A program made the translations under genes and the position numbers. Source: Deltaproteobacteria bacterium (GTDB lineage Bacteria; Desulfobacterota; DSM-4660; Desulfatiglandales; HGW-15). From it: a DNA stretch of 64,000 nt. Positions 20,801 through 35,800 of this stretch are shown here, in pieces. Positions within the stretch are counted from its first letter, which is position 1. Each line of letters starts with the position of its first letter. The stretch lies in contig JAFGFM010000144.1 in assembly GCA_016931115.1 (NCBI GenBank), forward strand, positions 68,008 through 132,007, in the 5' to 3' direction. The notes below the pieces were generated by a model. That model did no database searches. It was not told the DNA's origin and worked only from the letters and a program-made list of their open reading frames with translations.

Positions 20801-23800
20801 CTGCATTACGTGTTACCGTGTCCGAATCTGCGGTATGATTGAAGGTGATCCAGTTGCCTACCACCTCAAGTGTAGTAGAGGTGCTGACTTCACTGGAAAA
20901 ATCACCCCCTTCAAGTACAAGGTTAAGGTCTCCCACGGATTTCACAACATATATGCCATCATTCCCATTTGCAGAGTCTAAAATCCTGATCGATTGCCCC
21001 ACATAAAAACCATCAGTTATCCAGCTCCCTGCGCTCCGGCTTATTGTATCATCTGCACCTGTGTCTGAAAGGGTGATCCAGTTGCCGCTGATCTCAAAAG
21101 AGGAGTTGTCACGGAATTCAGTGGTAAGCGTCGCTCCTGCTGTAAGGGTAAGCGCCTTTTCCTCCACCCTCTCAACAGTATAGACCCCGTTATTACCTTC
21201 CTGTGAACCAGTTATGCGTACCTGCTGTCCCTCACGGAAACCATCAAGTATAAAGCTGCCTGTCTGCCTTGTAACTGTATCAGCCCCTGAAGCGCCGTTA
21301 TCCTTGAGTGTAATCCAGTCAGCTCCTGTTACTAGCATATCCCGGCCCGTAACACGCAGGTCAGCGCCGGTTAAGATCAGCTCCTCATCCTCTCCGGTTT
21401 TTATACTCTGTACATCAATTACATAGGAGGACTGATTATCGATTTTTATCTTGCCAAATCCATCCACGACCTTGAGCAGCCCATCTGTGTCCGTTGCAAG
21501 GATGTGCCCTGTAAGTTTTATCAGGCCTCCATCAACTGATACATCATCTATAATAATACGGTTGGTTTCATGGTTATAAAAGACCTCTATATCTGAATCT
21601 GTAAGAGTGATCCAGTCGCTTTTACCCTCTGCTTCCAGTGTTGATATTCTCTGATCAAGTGTGGTTGTCGTCTTATCCTTCAGTGTTACAGAAGAGGTAT
21701 CCTGAAGAGTTAGTGTACGATCTGCATTTCCGCTCTGGATCGGGCCATTAATATTAAGCACCCTTGCGGTGATAAACACATTGTTACCGGCAATAATGGC
21801 ACCATTCTGGGCACGATGTGCGGTATTGCTGCCGGTCCAGTTGCTCCCTCCATCATACTCGGTTCCGTCAGGATTAAATTTTTGAGTGCTATCACTTGCA
21901 GTTGCAAGATCATCCCATACTGCTGCTGGGTCTCCGCCCACATGCTGGGTATCAGTAGCTATGACAACATCCCTTCCGGCCTTTATCTCAACCGTCTTGG
22001 CCTTTATAGATGTCCTCTGCTCAGGAACTGTTGAATCATCATCCTTAATAAAGATGCTTCCCTCTTTGTTGGCGATACTTACTGTCCCCTCTATATTAGT
22101 AATATTTGAGCCCAGTATCTCTATATCCGGGGGTGGCGCTGATGCGAGCAGCCCTGTTGGTGGAGGATTATAGGTATTGCGTATCTCTATAAGGGGATCT
22201 GCTGAATTCTTGTCAGTAATGATGCTGCTGAATTGCGCAAGCCTGCCTGACCTGTTCCGAGCCTGTATGTCGCTATTACTGTAAACCCTTGCACCGTTAA
22301 AGGTGACATTTCCACCAAGGTCCAGGACAGTAAGGTCTTCCTTGATGCGCAAATAATAGGGGCTGTGATTTTCTATGGTGATGCGGGTATCCCCGGGGGC
22401 ATCGAGTTTTCCTGATCCTGAAAGTGTATCGCCTGAGATTATTATATCACCGCTTCTCGCGATAATCTCAGGGGTCTCAATAAATGTGACCTCCATATTT
22501 CCTACAACAGCGCCATCCGGGCTTAAAAGTCCAAGTTCGCCCGCCTGGTATTTAAGCTGGTCAATCTGCGCCTGTATGCCTGCAAGGGCCTTTCCATCTC
22601 CCCCATAATTTTGCTTATCCAGCTCCAGCTTATCTATCTCAGCTCTTATAGCTTCTGCTATATCTGCCTTTACCTCAAGAGGCATATCGACTCCCGGGGT
22701 ACGGTAGATAAGGTCTGAAATAGTGCCCGGTTTTATGGGTGTCGCATAGATTTTCATCCCTGCATACGTCTCGTTTTGACTGATCCTGTGGTTTCCATCC
22801 AGTATAAGAGAGTAACCGCTTATCTCCTGAATCCTGTATGTCCCGTCATTTCCTTCAGAACTACCGCGTATTACGATATACTGGTTTGCCTGGAACCCTT
22901 CGGCAGCCCAGTCACCGGTTAAGCGGGTAATGCGGTTGTCTGCCACTGTCAGGGTAAGGCTTGTCCCCTCTGTGAGTGACACTACCTGTTCAATGGATTT
23001 TGGTGCAATACCTGTAATATTCCTGCTTGCTGACGCAATGTATGTTTCATCAGCATCAAAGGTATCATACCCTGTTGCAAGGATAAGGGTGTCCCCTGTA
23101 GCCAGTTCTATCTTGTATATGCCGTTATTACCACTTGCAGACCCTGTAATCCTTATATACTGCCCTGTTGCAAAACCAAGATCTGACCAGTCTGAACTAT
23201 CAGTGAGTTCAATCCTGTCCTGGCTGCCACCAACGCCTCTTGTGAATAATATCCCTTTCCCATATGTTACCTCAACCACCTTTGCGGCAGGGGTCTGAAT
23301 AAGGGTATCTGTATCAGTGTTTGTTTCATCATGGGTTAATTCATACCCATCCTTCAGCCTGATGACAGTTGCAGTAACACTCTCAATTGCATAGTCGCCA
23401 TCATTATTATCAGAACCTTTGATAACAATCTTCTGATCAGCAGCAAACCCGTCAGTTACCCATGAACCGGAACTGCGCTCTATCCTGGCGTTGTCTATTG
23501 ACCATGTGATGTTCGCTGTAGCTGATGCGCTTACCGTTGCGGTTGTCTGTCCGCCGTTATCAACCATATCAAGGGTAAGTGGGCCGTTGACGTACATAGT
23601 GTTCCCGGAAACAGAAAGGATAGTATAAGAACCATTATTCCCTGAAATATCCGCCCCTGAGAAGGTGACCTGCTGATTTTGCCTGTAGTCAGATGACCAG
23701 CTGCCTGACTGGTTTATAACCTTTGCATATTCATGCTCTCTCTGGGCTGTGAAGCTGACATTATCTGATATAGTAAGGTTTAAGGTAAACAGAGAGCCAT

Positions 23801-26800
23801 TATCATCTGTAGCGGCACCAATTGACGAACTCTCAATAAGTGTAATTACAGAATCTGAAACAGAGTAGATCGAATAATTACCATTATTTGCTCCTGCATC
23901 AGATATGGTAATATTTTGCCCTGCCCTTAAACCTGCTGTAACCCAGCTGCCAGTGTCTCTGGTAATTGTTGCCCTAGAAACCAGATTATCATCACCATCC
24001 CTTACCTCGGCTGCAAAGGTTAAATCAACCCCGGACAAAACAGATATATCCTTTTGAATAGTTATGGGGCCGCTGCTTACAGCATCATCAATAATCCCTG
24101 AACCATCCACAAGTTGAATAACAGAACTGCTGACTGAGGATATTTCAAATCCTGTGCCTGTGTTATTAGCTGCATTATCGGCCCCTGAAATCCTTATCAG
24201 ATCACCAGCAGCAATACCCTGATCCGCCCAGTTGCCTCCAGACCAGGTTATTTCCGCATCAGCTTCAGCCTGTTCCGGCACAAATGCCATATCGACTGTG
24301 GTCTGGCCTATGGTTGATGTTATATTTTCAGCGATATCCGAATGCTCCGTAATATCATAGGTCTCTGCAAGGTACAGACTGCCTGCTGTTACCTGGACAA
24401 CTGCATAATTGACACCATCAATTATGATTGTCTTGCCTGACAGGAAACCATCATCTATAAAGCTGCCTGAACTCCTTTCTATTACTGCCCGCCTGGGAAT
24501 ATAATCAAGGACAGGATTACCTGTTATATTCGCAGCACTTGAGACCGGCTTTATTGCCTGTGCAACTATATCGGCGCTGCCTGTTGTTTCATTTGCAAGT
24601 TTTGATCCGGTTACAGTGATAACCGTGTCAGTTATTGACAGGATACGGTATGCACCATCATTATTTAAAGATCCATCCACATTAATATACTGTCCTTCGA
24701 CAAAACCATCTTCAATCCAGTCTCCAGCCGCGCGGGTAATTGTGGAATTTGTACGATTGAATGTAAGGTTCGGCGACCCGTTCATGACTATTGGTCTAGT
24801 ACCTGTAGAACTTGTGGCTGCAAAAAGATCTGCGCTGTCAGATACCCTGTCTATAATGATATTATCCGCAAGTGTAAGAACTGTATCTCCTACAGAATTA
24901 ATCTTGTATACGCCGTCATTACCGTTTGACCCGTATACCCTTATATATTGTCCTGCCTCAAACCCATCTGTAACCCATGATCCGTTACTCCTTGTAATGG
25001 TATCATCATCCACCCCGTTTGCTGCAAATGTCAGGAGCGGTACACCACTACCCTGATCAGTCATCATAATGGGGGCATACTGTTCATCCGTATTACTTAT
25101 AATGAGTTCCTGGATATTATTCTTCCCTGACCTTACACTACCATCTACCCTTACATCGGCAGATGCTGCCTCTTTGTATGAATCCTTAACTATCTTGAGG
25201 CTTACTGGTTTTATACCAAAGATTGATCCAAAAAAGTTTGCTATGGCGGCCAGCACCTCACGGTAAAGGTCTGTTCCCACACCGGCCCCATGTGCATAAT
25301 AATAACCCTTGTCTGCATTAAGATGCACATCAGCAGCAGAGCCTATATATGCCCCACTCTTTATATCTACAAGGTTGCTCTGGACTATCTCACCATGCGC
25401 CTTTGGATCAGTATAGATAGGAAGCGCTGTCTTGTTCCATAGGTCTGTATTGGCCTTTACATAGAAACTGTTACCAACCCCGGCATTAAGGCTGATATCC
25501 CCGAGTGCGTCTATTTCCGCATTATTGCCAACTGTTACCTTGTTATCTGCATGAACAGATGAATATGACTCTCCCTGAGCTGCCCCTGCAAGACCATAGG
25601 TATTAGAATTAGCCTGTGTCTGCACATTGGCTATTGAAGAGGCAGATATGCCTATACTTCCTACTCCGGTCAGGTTGGCATCCCCGATTATGATCTCATT
25701 TGTATTTACATTGTTTATGATAACTGATTTTGCCAGTGCAATGGCTATGGCTCCACCCGAATCAAGCTTCACCTTATCGGTTGCATAAAGCATGTTTTTG
25801 CTATCAAAATTCATGCTGCCAGGGTGATGCCTGTCACCATCCACCTCTATATCGGCACCATCCTGAACAATTATCTTTGTACGGTCAACAATTGTTGTTA
25901 TGCTTGATGCTGCTGGCCCGCCCACAAGCCCGCCTGCCCCTGCAACTACGTTATAACCGTCTGAGATCTTCGTGATAATATTATTAGCGTCAACATCAAT
26001 AGCCCCGGCATTAACATCTACCCCCGTGCCAAAGACAATATTCACATCAGAGGTGACATTGTTTGTGACATTGGCCCCGCTCCCTCCAACCAGCGCCGCT
26101 GTTATGCTGTCTGAATCTGCTCTGAACAGGGTGTTGTGTTCTGCCTTTACCTTGAAATTGCCACCAACATCTATTTTTGTACCGGTTCCGGTAGCGATAT
26201 CCACCCAGGTAGTGCTGTTATTTATGGTTTTTCCATTAGATGCAGACCCTGCCACCAGGCCACCACTCCCGGCCTTCACATACGCCTTATTATTATCAAC
26301 GCCTGTTGCACTGATATCCAGGCTACCGCCTGTGATGTTTACATTGCCCTCAATGTAGGCATGCGTAACTGTCCCTGAAAGTACAGTGGCCTTGTTAAAC
26401 CCGAGGGCGATTAATCCGCCTGCATTACTGTTTGCCTCTGAATATTGAAGGGTTTTATTATCAGCATTTATAACAGTTGTGCCTGTGATATTAAATTGTG
26501 CACCATCCAGGATATAGCTCTTAACAGCAGCCTTTGCTTCAACATTACCTGTAGTGGCATCAACCCCAACAAGGGCGCCCGCTGAACCTGTGGATCTTGC
26601 ATAGGTTGAATAACCGCTTGATGGCAGCTTATGAGTACCTTTTACCTGGATACTTTGAGCGGTTATGTCACCGCCTGCATAGGCAATAATTGTGGGCGAT
26701 ATCTTTGAGACTGACTTTGATGCGCCGACAGCAGCAAGGCCGGCATTAATGCCTGTAGTGGTCGCGTATGATTTAGAAGTAGCTTCTGCATTTACCTCAA

Positions 26801-29800
26801 TATTACCTGTTGCCTCAATGACCGTATTATCAGCGATGTAGGCATTTACTTCAGGCTTTATTTCCGATTCAGCATAATTTTCTGAGCCACCGCCTATACC
26901 TGCTGATATGGCAGTGGTTTTACTCATGATATCTGCATCGGAAATGGCATTTATATAGATGTCATTCAGATGGTCTGTATCCTGACCTATATCTGTATAA
27001 TCTCCGATATAAGCATTCACAGAACCGGCGATTTCAGACTCAACATCAGAGGCGCCAGCTGCAACGATCCCGACATTTGCGCCAAGACCTGCACCTTTAA
27101 TGCGGTAAGTGCCTTTTGCATATATATTAAGATCATCAGCCTTATTAATACTGTTTTTCTTTGAGCCCGATGTGCCATAGACCCTTGAAGATACATCATT
27201 ATCAATATTGTTGGTTACTGATACCCCGCCGATTGCTGCACCGATGGCACCTGCAAGGCTTAATGCAATGGAATCTATCTCAGACTCATCTGTGGCCTTT
27301 ACTGTAATATCATCGTTTGCCGAAACAGCGCACTCTCCTGATATATTTGCATCAACACTGTTTTTAATAGTATTGTTGGTCTCTGATGCGCTCAGGGCGA
27401 TACCCCCGGCTGCCCCAATACCCAGTGACATGGAGACAATCTTTGATTCTGATTCTGCAAATACAGTTATGTCAGAGGCAGTTGATGTTAAATCAGAATC
27501 TGTAACTGCTGCACTTACTGTGTTCTGAATATCATTATCCGAAACCGCCGCGGCCCCTGCTGCAAGCCCGGCGCCTCCGATGCTACCTGCAAAGGAGAGG
27601 ATATTTGCTGATGACGCATGATCTGTTCCTGACAGTCTACTGTTCAGAGATGAGGAGACATTATTGGGCATTGTCATGCCTGACATATAATTTGAGGCCT
27701 TATCGGCGGAATCAAGCGCCTTTATTATTATTTCCCCGTTTGTTGATATCAGGGTAGAGCCTGTCGCAAATGCTGATATGTTGTTTCTTATCTGGTTAAG
27801 GGTGACTGATGCAGCCCCTGAGACCCCTCCTGCCCCGCTTAACCCAGCAGCAAGAGACCTGATAACTGCTGCGGACTTTGCAAATGCCTCTATATTTCCA
27901 TTCACCGCAACATGGGAACCCTCTATACCTGCACCTACACTGTTTTGAATATGATTTTCCGACAGGGCCGCACCGGCTGCCGCTGCGCCAGAGGCCGCTA
28001 CTCCTACTGAAATGGAGTCAATGGTTGAGCTGTCTGTTGAAAGCAGGGTAATTGCCCCTGTCAGATCAAGATTCGAATCCTTTATCCTTGATGCAACGGT
28101 ATTAATAATGACATTGCCTGATAGCGATAACTGTGCTGCGACAGCCCCTGAAGCGGCAATACCACCGGTAAAGCTGTAGATATTTGAATCTGACAGGGCT
28201 GTGATGTTCAGGTTTGTGCCATCTGTTATTGTTGAACCGGAGATTTCTGCTGTAACAGTATTGGTAATAAAATTTACAGCACCTATTATTGAGGCCGCAA
28301 GCCCGCCTGATGCGGCTATGCTCAGGCCCACTGAGCGTATGGTGGATTTATCGGAAGCAGAGACCTTAATCTCGCCTGCCGCATCAAGAACTGATGTATC
28401 AGAGACAATGGATTCCACCCTGTTTGTAATGGTGTTTCCAAATGCGACCACACTTACTGCTGCGATACCGGAGCCTCCCACGCCAACCGATATAGAGACT
28501 ATCCCTGCGCTTGAAACAGAGGTTTCACTTATACCACCTGCTTCTGAGGTTACAGTTGAATCAGTGATCTCTGTTGTTATGGAGTTTGTTATAACATTTC
28601 CTGTAAAGGCCCCGCTTACTGCCACTGCGCCTGAACCCGCCACATTTATCAGCATTGAAAGTATGTTGGCTGACAGACTGAATGGCGTATCTGAAAGGGC
28701 GTCCTGTAATGAATTTTTAGTCTTTGCATCATTTATAAAGGAGCCAATCGCATCCATTAGAGGTATCATGGATGGGGATTTTTCCTCTGCCTTTATGGTA
28801 ATATCCCCGTTTGCAGTAACTGTGGAGCCGCTTATTAAGGAGGATGTGTCATTAGCGATTACATTCCCCATTGCTGAGACTTGTACCGCAAACCCGCCTG
28901 AACCGGATACCCCTATTGCCAGTGTTCTGATTATGGAGGAATTTGATGAGTCCATAAGGAGTGTGGAGTCAGTATCAACATCACTATTATTAATTTCGGT
29001 CTCTGCACTGTTTACAATAACATTTGCCGCAAGGGCTGCCCCCACAGCGCCTCCCCCAGAGCCTGCAACACCAATGGCAAGGGTGTTAATTTCTGATATG
29101 TCTTTAGCTGTAAGGTTTATTGCCCCTGTCGTATCAATATCAGACCTGCTTGTCTCCTCTCCGGTTATGGCTGCCCTGGTTGTATTTGTTATAACATTTC
29201 CGGTAAGAGAAAGGATACCCGCCCCGGCCCCTGAGGCTGCAACACCGACGCTCAGCCCCAGAATAGAGGATTTGTTTTCTGATGTGAGTTCAAGTTCTGC
29301 TCCGCTCTCAACTTTCGATGAGCTGATCTCTGTAATTACCGAATTACTAATTACATTTGCGCCTATAAGCGCCCCTGCGGCAATACCACCGGTTCCTGCA
29401 ACAGAGATGGCAGCGGATCGTATCAGGGATGTATCAGTCGCATCAAGGGTAATATCACCTGCGGTCGAACCGGTAATAACCTCCGAACCCCCTGTGATTC
29501 TTGATGAGACAGAGTTAGCAATAACATTCCCAAACCCTGTCGCATTAACCGCAACAGCGCCTGACCCTGCTACACCGATTGTAAGGGCAAGAATACCGGC
29601 CCTTGATTCCGTATCAAGCACTATAAGGCCTGTGTCTGATACAACCCTTGAATCATGTATCAACGCCTCAATATTGTTTGAAATAACATTACCGGTAAAT
29701 GCGCCATTTACAGCCACACCGCCTGTACCTGCTACACTTACCATAAGGGAGATTATGTTTGCGGTTGGATCGAAGGGCGTACCGGACAGACCATCTTTAA

Positions 29801-32800
29801 GGTCCTGGACTGTCTCTCCATCTGTAATGTATGAGCCGACAGCATCCATCAATGGAATCATGGTCGGCGCTATATCACTGGCATCAATATTGATATCACC
29901 AGCAGCTGTAACTTCCGAATCACTTATTACAGCGGAGGTATCATTTGCGATCACATTCCCCATGGCTGTTACCTGTACGGCAAATCCACCAGAACCTGAA
30001 ACCCCTATAGCCAGCGTGCGAATTATCGATGAATTCTCAGATGTCAGATCAAGGGTCGACCCTGTCTCAAGTGTTGTACCCTCTATCCTTGTTCCGACAG
30101 AATTGGTAATAACATTTGCTGCAAGGGCCACGCCAACTGCGCCGCCGCCAGTTGCCGACACGCCAATTGCAAGTGTATTGATTTCTGATGTATCTTTGGA
30201 TGAGATTGTCACAGCCCCTGCTGCATCAATAACTGAACCTGTCAAGGCATTGGCCATAAGATCAATCGATTGCCCGTTATATGCATCCTCCTTTGTATAT
30301 GCGAGTTCAATATTCCCTGATGCAGGGTCATCAACTATAACATAATAGGTCTCACCATCTGTAAGACCGCCTATAGCTGAACCTCCACTTGTACCATATA
30401 TAAGCGCATCACCCGTCTTAAAACCATGGTCAGGACCGACGCATATCGTATTATTATCAATACTTACATCATTGGCAGGATCAAAAACTTTCTTTTTGTC
30501 CGCAGTTGCCGTATCATCCAGAGTAAGCTCATGAACCAGCCCTGTACCGCTGCTTATACCTGCCTCGGTTGTGTTTGAGATGACGTTGGCAGATAATGAC
30601 AGCAATACTGAGGCTGCGCCCGATCCGGCAACGCCCACGGTCAACCCAAGAATATCCGAATTGTTTTCAGCTTCAATATTAAGTGTTGACCCGGTTACGA
30701 CTGTCGATCCTGCAATATTCGCCATAACAGTGTTGGCAACAACATTGGCAGCAATTAGCGCACCTACTGATACAGCCCCTGAACCTGCAACGCTAACACC
30801 AAGCGACCGGATCTGGCTGCTATCCATTGCTGTTATATCGATCGTATCCGACGCGGTGACATGTGAACCGCCTGTGATAATTGATTCAATCCTGTTGGTT
30901 ATCACATTCCCATAACCTGTTGCATTCACAGCAACAGCCCCTGAACCTGCAACCCCAACTGTAAGGCCGATAATGCCTGCTTTTGATAATGCATCAATAT
31001 CGATAAGGCCGCCTAATGATTCAACATCAGACTCGCTGATCTCTGCTGTAACTGTATTGGCAATAACATTTCCAACGAGTGCGGCATTTACTGCAACTGA
31101 ACCTGAGGCCGCTACGCTTACCATAACGGAAAGTATATTTGCATCAAGATCAATCGGAGTACCTTCAAGGGCCTTTGTTAGATCATCGGCCCTGTCTGCT
31201 GAGACTATCCAGTCAGGGATGAGGCTTGGGGCAATATCCTTTGCAGTAATTGTTATATCCCCTGCTGCTGTGACTATTGATCCTTCTGAAATGGTTGCGG
31301 AAACCGTATTTGCCACTGCATTTCCCATGGCCGTTACCTGAACCGCTACTGACCCAGAGCCAGAGACCCCTATGGCAAGTGTGCGTATTATTGCGGAAGA
31401 CTCAGACTCGATGCCAAGAGTTGAACCTGTATCAAGATCTGACCCGATAATTGAACTCTCTATGGTATTAACGATAACATTTGCACCAAGACCAATACCT
31501 ACTGCCGTGCTTCCGCTGCCCGAAACACCAAAGGCAAGGGAATCTATGGTTGAGCTATCCTTGGCCGAGATGTCTACTGCACCGCCAGCATCAATATCAG
31601 ACCGGTGATTTATGTTATTGATCAATTGATCACTTATAATCGCCTTTGTAGAGTTTGTAATTACGTTGGCTGAAAGGGAAACCAGCACCGCGGTAGAACC
31701 GGCAGCTGCCACTCCACCGGTAAAGGCCATTATATCGGAATCGGACAAAGATTTAAGTGCAAGACTGTCTCCACTTTTTACATGAGAACCAGCGATTTCT
31801 GATGTCACGCTGTTTGTAATCACATTTGCGCCGACAATTGCGCCTATGGCATTGCTTCCTGAGGCAGCTATGCTTAACCCCAGAGACCTGATGGATGAAT
31901 CATCTTTAGCACTCACAGATATATCGTCTGCAACCTCTACACTGGAATTTGAGATGATCCCTGCCCCTGTACTGTTTGTGATAACATTACCAAATCCGGT
32001 CCCCTGAACAGCCAGATCGCCTGATGCGCCTACGCCAACTGTAACAGCAAGAATGCCCGCCTTTGAATAGGCATCAAAGGAGAGATCAGACTCTGCGTTT
32101 ATCACTGTACCGGTATCATCTACTCCTGCCCTTACTGTTGAACCGCTGATCTCAGCCGCTATATCATTTGTGACTACATTACCCATGAGAGCCACCCCAA
32201 CAGCCTTTTGTCCGCTTCCTGCAACGCTGACATTGACCGCAAGGATGCTCGATTTAAGGTCTATTGGTGAGTCTTCCAGGGCAGCGTTCAGATCCTCCTG
32301 AACCCCTTCATCTATCATCCAGGTGGGTATTATAAACCCTGCCTCATCCTTTGCAGAGAGCAGCACATCCCCTTCTGCTGTAACTGTTGACCCATCCTTT
32401 ATTATGGCCCTGACACTATTGGCAACAGCGTTTCCGGATGCATTTATTGCCACCGCATTTTCACCTGAGCCTGAAACGCCTATACCCAGTGACCTGATTA
32501 TGGGGGTGGATTTGGCTGAGAGGGATACATTTCCCTCTGAATCGATTGTTGATCCTGATATCTCCGCAAGAACGTTGTTTGTAATTATATTAACAGAGCC
32601 TGCTGCACCCACACCGGTTTTACCGGCAGCTGCTATTGTAAAGGCAATAGTGTTTAGGCTGGATGTGTCTGTCGCCGTAAGGATCACATTTCCGCCGGAA
32701 TCAATTGATGCCCCGTCTATGTTGGCCCGTGTATCGGCTGTAAGCACAAATACCGCAAGGGAGCCTGCAATACCGTTTTGCTTTGAGACCCCGGCTGATA

Positions 32801-35800
32801 CCGCAACTGATGTAATATCCTCTTCTGAATCTGCATTTATGGTTACTGACTTATCTGCATTTACTGTTGCACCAGATTCAATATAGGCCTCTGTATCCTT
32901 AACAATAACACCTACATCAAGGGCTATGCCGACGCCTGTGCCACCAAAGGCAACAGCGAGACCTCCGGCGCCGTTGAGTATCCTTGTAAGGCTTGAGGCA
33001 TCAACTACAACAGACTGATTAAGCCCTGCAATTAATGCGGGATCAGTGTTTATCTTTACCCCTTCACCAACATAGGCATGGGTATTCTGTACAACTACAT
33101 CTACAACCGCAGATCCTCCAACGGCTGCCTTCCCTTCACTGCTGGTGCTTACTCCTCCGCCCGCTGCTATGGATGAGACACCAAAACCAAGGGAACCCAT
33201 ACCAGGTATTTCAAGATTAACCGGTGTTATCGAGGAATCGGAGTTGATTGATATTACCTCACTGGCATCCGCATGTGTATCCTCACTTAAGTATGCATCA
33301 GTATTAGAGACGATTATATTGGCTGCAACCGCAACTCCCACACCGGCCTTTTTGCCAACACCACCGCCGCCAGCTATATTCTGGTATGAGATATCATTTT
33401 CTGCATCTATATCTATATTACCTGTGGATTTGAGGGTGGCACCTGCACCTGTGGAGGCATCCGTATCCATGACCATGACATTGATACCGGCTGACCCTGC
33501 AACACCATTATCCTTGCCTCCGCCAATGGCCAGCGCCCATACTGTAAAATCATTTGTCCTATCTTCAGGTGTAACCGCCTGGATAGAGATATTGGCTGCC
33601 TCGATGTCTGCACCGGCACCGATAATTGCCTCATTAGATAAAATCCCGACATTGAGCCCTACTGCCGCTCCCACACCTGTTGTACTGTCAAAGGAGAGGG
33701 CAGCGCCTGTGACTTTAGTTGTAAGGTCTGTTTCAGATTCAGCAATTACCTCAAGTGAGCCACCAGCATTCACATGGATATCCTCTGCAATAGAGGTTTT
33801 ATTGTCCGATATTACCCAGTTTACTCCGATAGCCGCTGCAATACCCACGCTACTTGAACCGGTTCCGTTTTTTCCGTTCTTATCATTGGTTTTTTCCAGG
33901 GATTTGTCATTTGCATCAGAAAGGCTGTCATTTGCCTTTGGCAAAGTTTTTGTGCCGCCGGTTGCTGCATTGGCCTGGGCCTGGGCCTCGTCATCACTGC
34001 TCCTGGGTGCAGCCTCACCCTCTTTTGTCTCATCTTCGCTCTTGTTACCCTTTGCGCTGGCAGTAATATCCAGCATACTGATTTGATCTGTCAGGGCATC
34101 AATTTTTATGTAACCATCTGCAGAAATATCACGTTCTATTTTTGCGACTGTGGAATCAAGAATAATATTTAACCCCACTGCTGCACCAACCGCAGCCTTG
34201 TCACCGGCCACAGATGCGTCTGCTATTGTATGGGCTGTTCCTGTGTGGTTTGCCTCAATAGTTACATTGCCTGTAATATCTATCTGGCTGATATCATTGG
34301 CACCTAACCTGGCAGTCGTATAATCATTGGCAAAGGCTACAGCTACAGCAGGGCTCACTGCCGTACCGCCTGCAGCCCCTGCCTTGACCGTTGTAAACAC
34401 GGCATGCTCTGATTCTGCCTTTATGGTAAGGTCATTACCCCCGGTTATTTGTGAATTATCCTGTATATCCGCATTTATTACATTTACCGGAAGGACATTA
34501 AGCGCCACCGATGCACCTATGCCTACTTTACCGCCTGTGACCTTTGATGCTGCACTTGCTGAATCATTCTGTGAGCTTTCAGCTATTATAGAAATATTGC
34601 CTGTCCCGGCATCAACTGCCGCTAAAGATTCAATCACTGCCTCAGTATGGGTTGTAATAACATTCAGCGCCAGGGAGCCTGCAACACCTACATTTGAGGC
34701 ACCCGCACCAGAAACCGCATTTGCGACAAAGCTATGACTCTTTTCAATGAGCCTGTGATTACTGCCCGTGGCTCCTGTTGTAAGGTCTATTGTTTTTCCG
34801 ATCAGGGCATCCTCCGGGGTTAATGCAAGTTTTACTGCCACCGGATATACAATAGTAAATTTGTGATCAAAGAAGCTTATGTTTTCAACTGAAAATAGAA
34901 GGTCCTGCACTTCATCGGAATCAGGGTCAAGCAGTTTAATCCGGGTTGGATTATCTTCATCCACATCAACCTTGTATGTTGCCCCCTCTTTCAATCCCCC
35001 GATAGGTCCGCTGTTAAGCAGGTTCCCCTTGGAATAGACCACAAGGTCTCCATCCTTTAAAAAATGGTCAGCCCCCAGCTCTATCCAGTTATCTGTATAA
35101 TTTATAGACCCGCCTATTGTATTTATGTCTATACCCACCTTTGCCATTGCGTCCCTGAAGGTATTGAGTTCATTTACCCCGAGGTCATCAATGTCATAGG
35201 GGATAATATTGAAGCTTCTGGTATCATCCAAAACGGCATAATAGGTCTGGCCATCTACAAGCCCGCCAATGCTGGCATCCCCGCCGTTGTCATATACTAT
35301 TTTGTCCCCTGTCTGGATACCATGCTCTTCCCCAAGATTTATACTTTCCCTTGTCACAGAAACACTGGAAAGATCAATGGCCTTTTCATCCCCTGCCATA
35401 TCGGCCTTTACTACAAGACCGTTGGTATCTATATCAGCATCGGTTCCTACATAGGCCCTGTTTGCCACATCCGAATAATTTATTGCAATCGCTGCGCCTA
35501 TGCCAACCTTTGTATTGGCAGGATCAACAGCGCTTCCGTCTGCATCTGCTTTTGCATCCGTGTTATTTGAAGAGTTTAATGTAAGGGTGCCTCCTGATAC
35601 TACATGTCCATTTGCAGGGATAAATGCCTTTGATTCACTTAATGTGATATTTACCCCTATGGCGGCTGCAACACTTACAGTGCCATCAGAGGTTTCAGCC
35701 TTGGGTGTTTCAGCAGCATCTCCAGTACCTTTTTTACCTGTCTCCTGTGCCTTGTCATCAGCGAGCTTTCTCTGATCACCAACCTTCTTGTCAACATTTT

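Noticed and set aside
28201-30345. A 714-aa plus-strand ORF antisense to the giant gene. There are many similar ones, for example 33145-34086, 38272-39033, 39070-39738, 37201-37710, 41362-42072 and 43399-44037.
   Set aside because: Their translations are low-complexity (A/P/S/T/V/I-rich) mirror images of the G/A/S/T/N/D-rich sense repeats. They have no RBS or motifs and lie entirely inside strongly supported minus-strand genes. They are frame artefacts of the codon periodicity.
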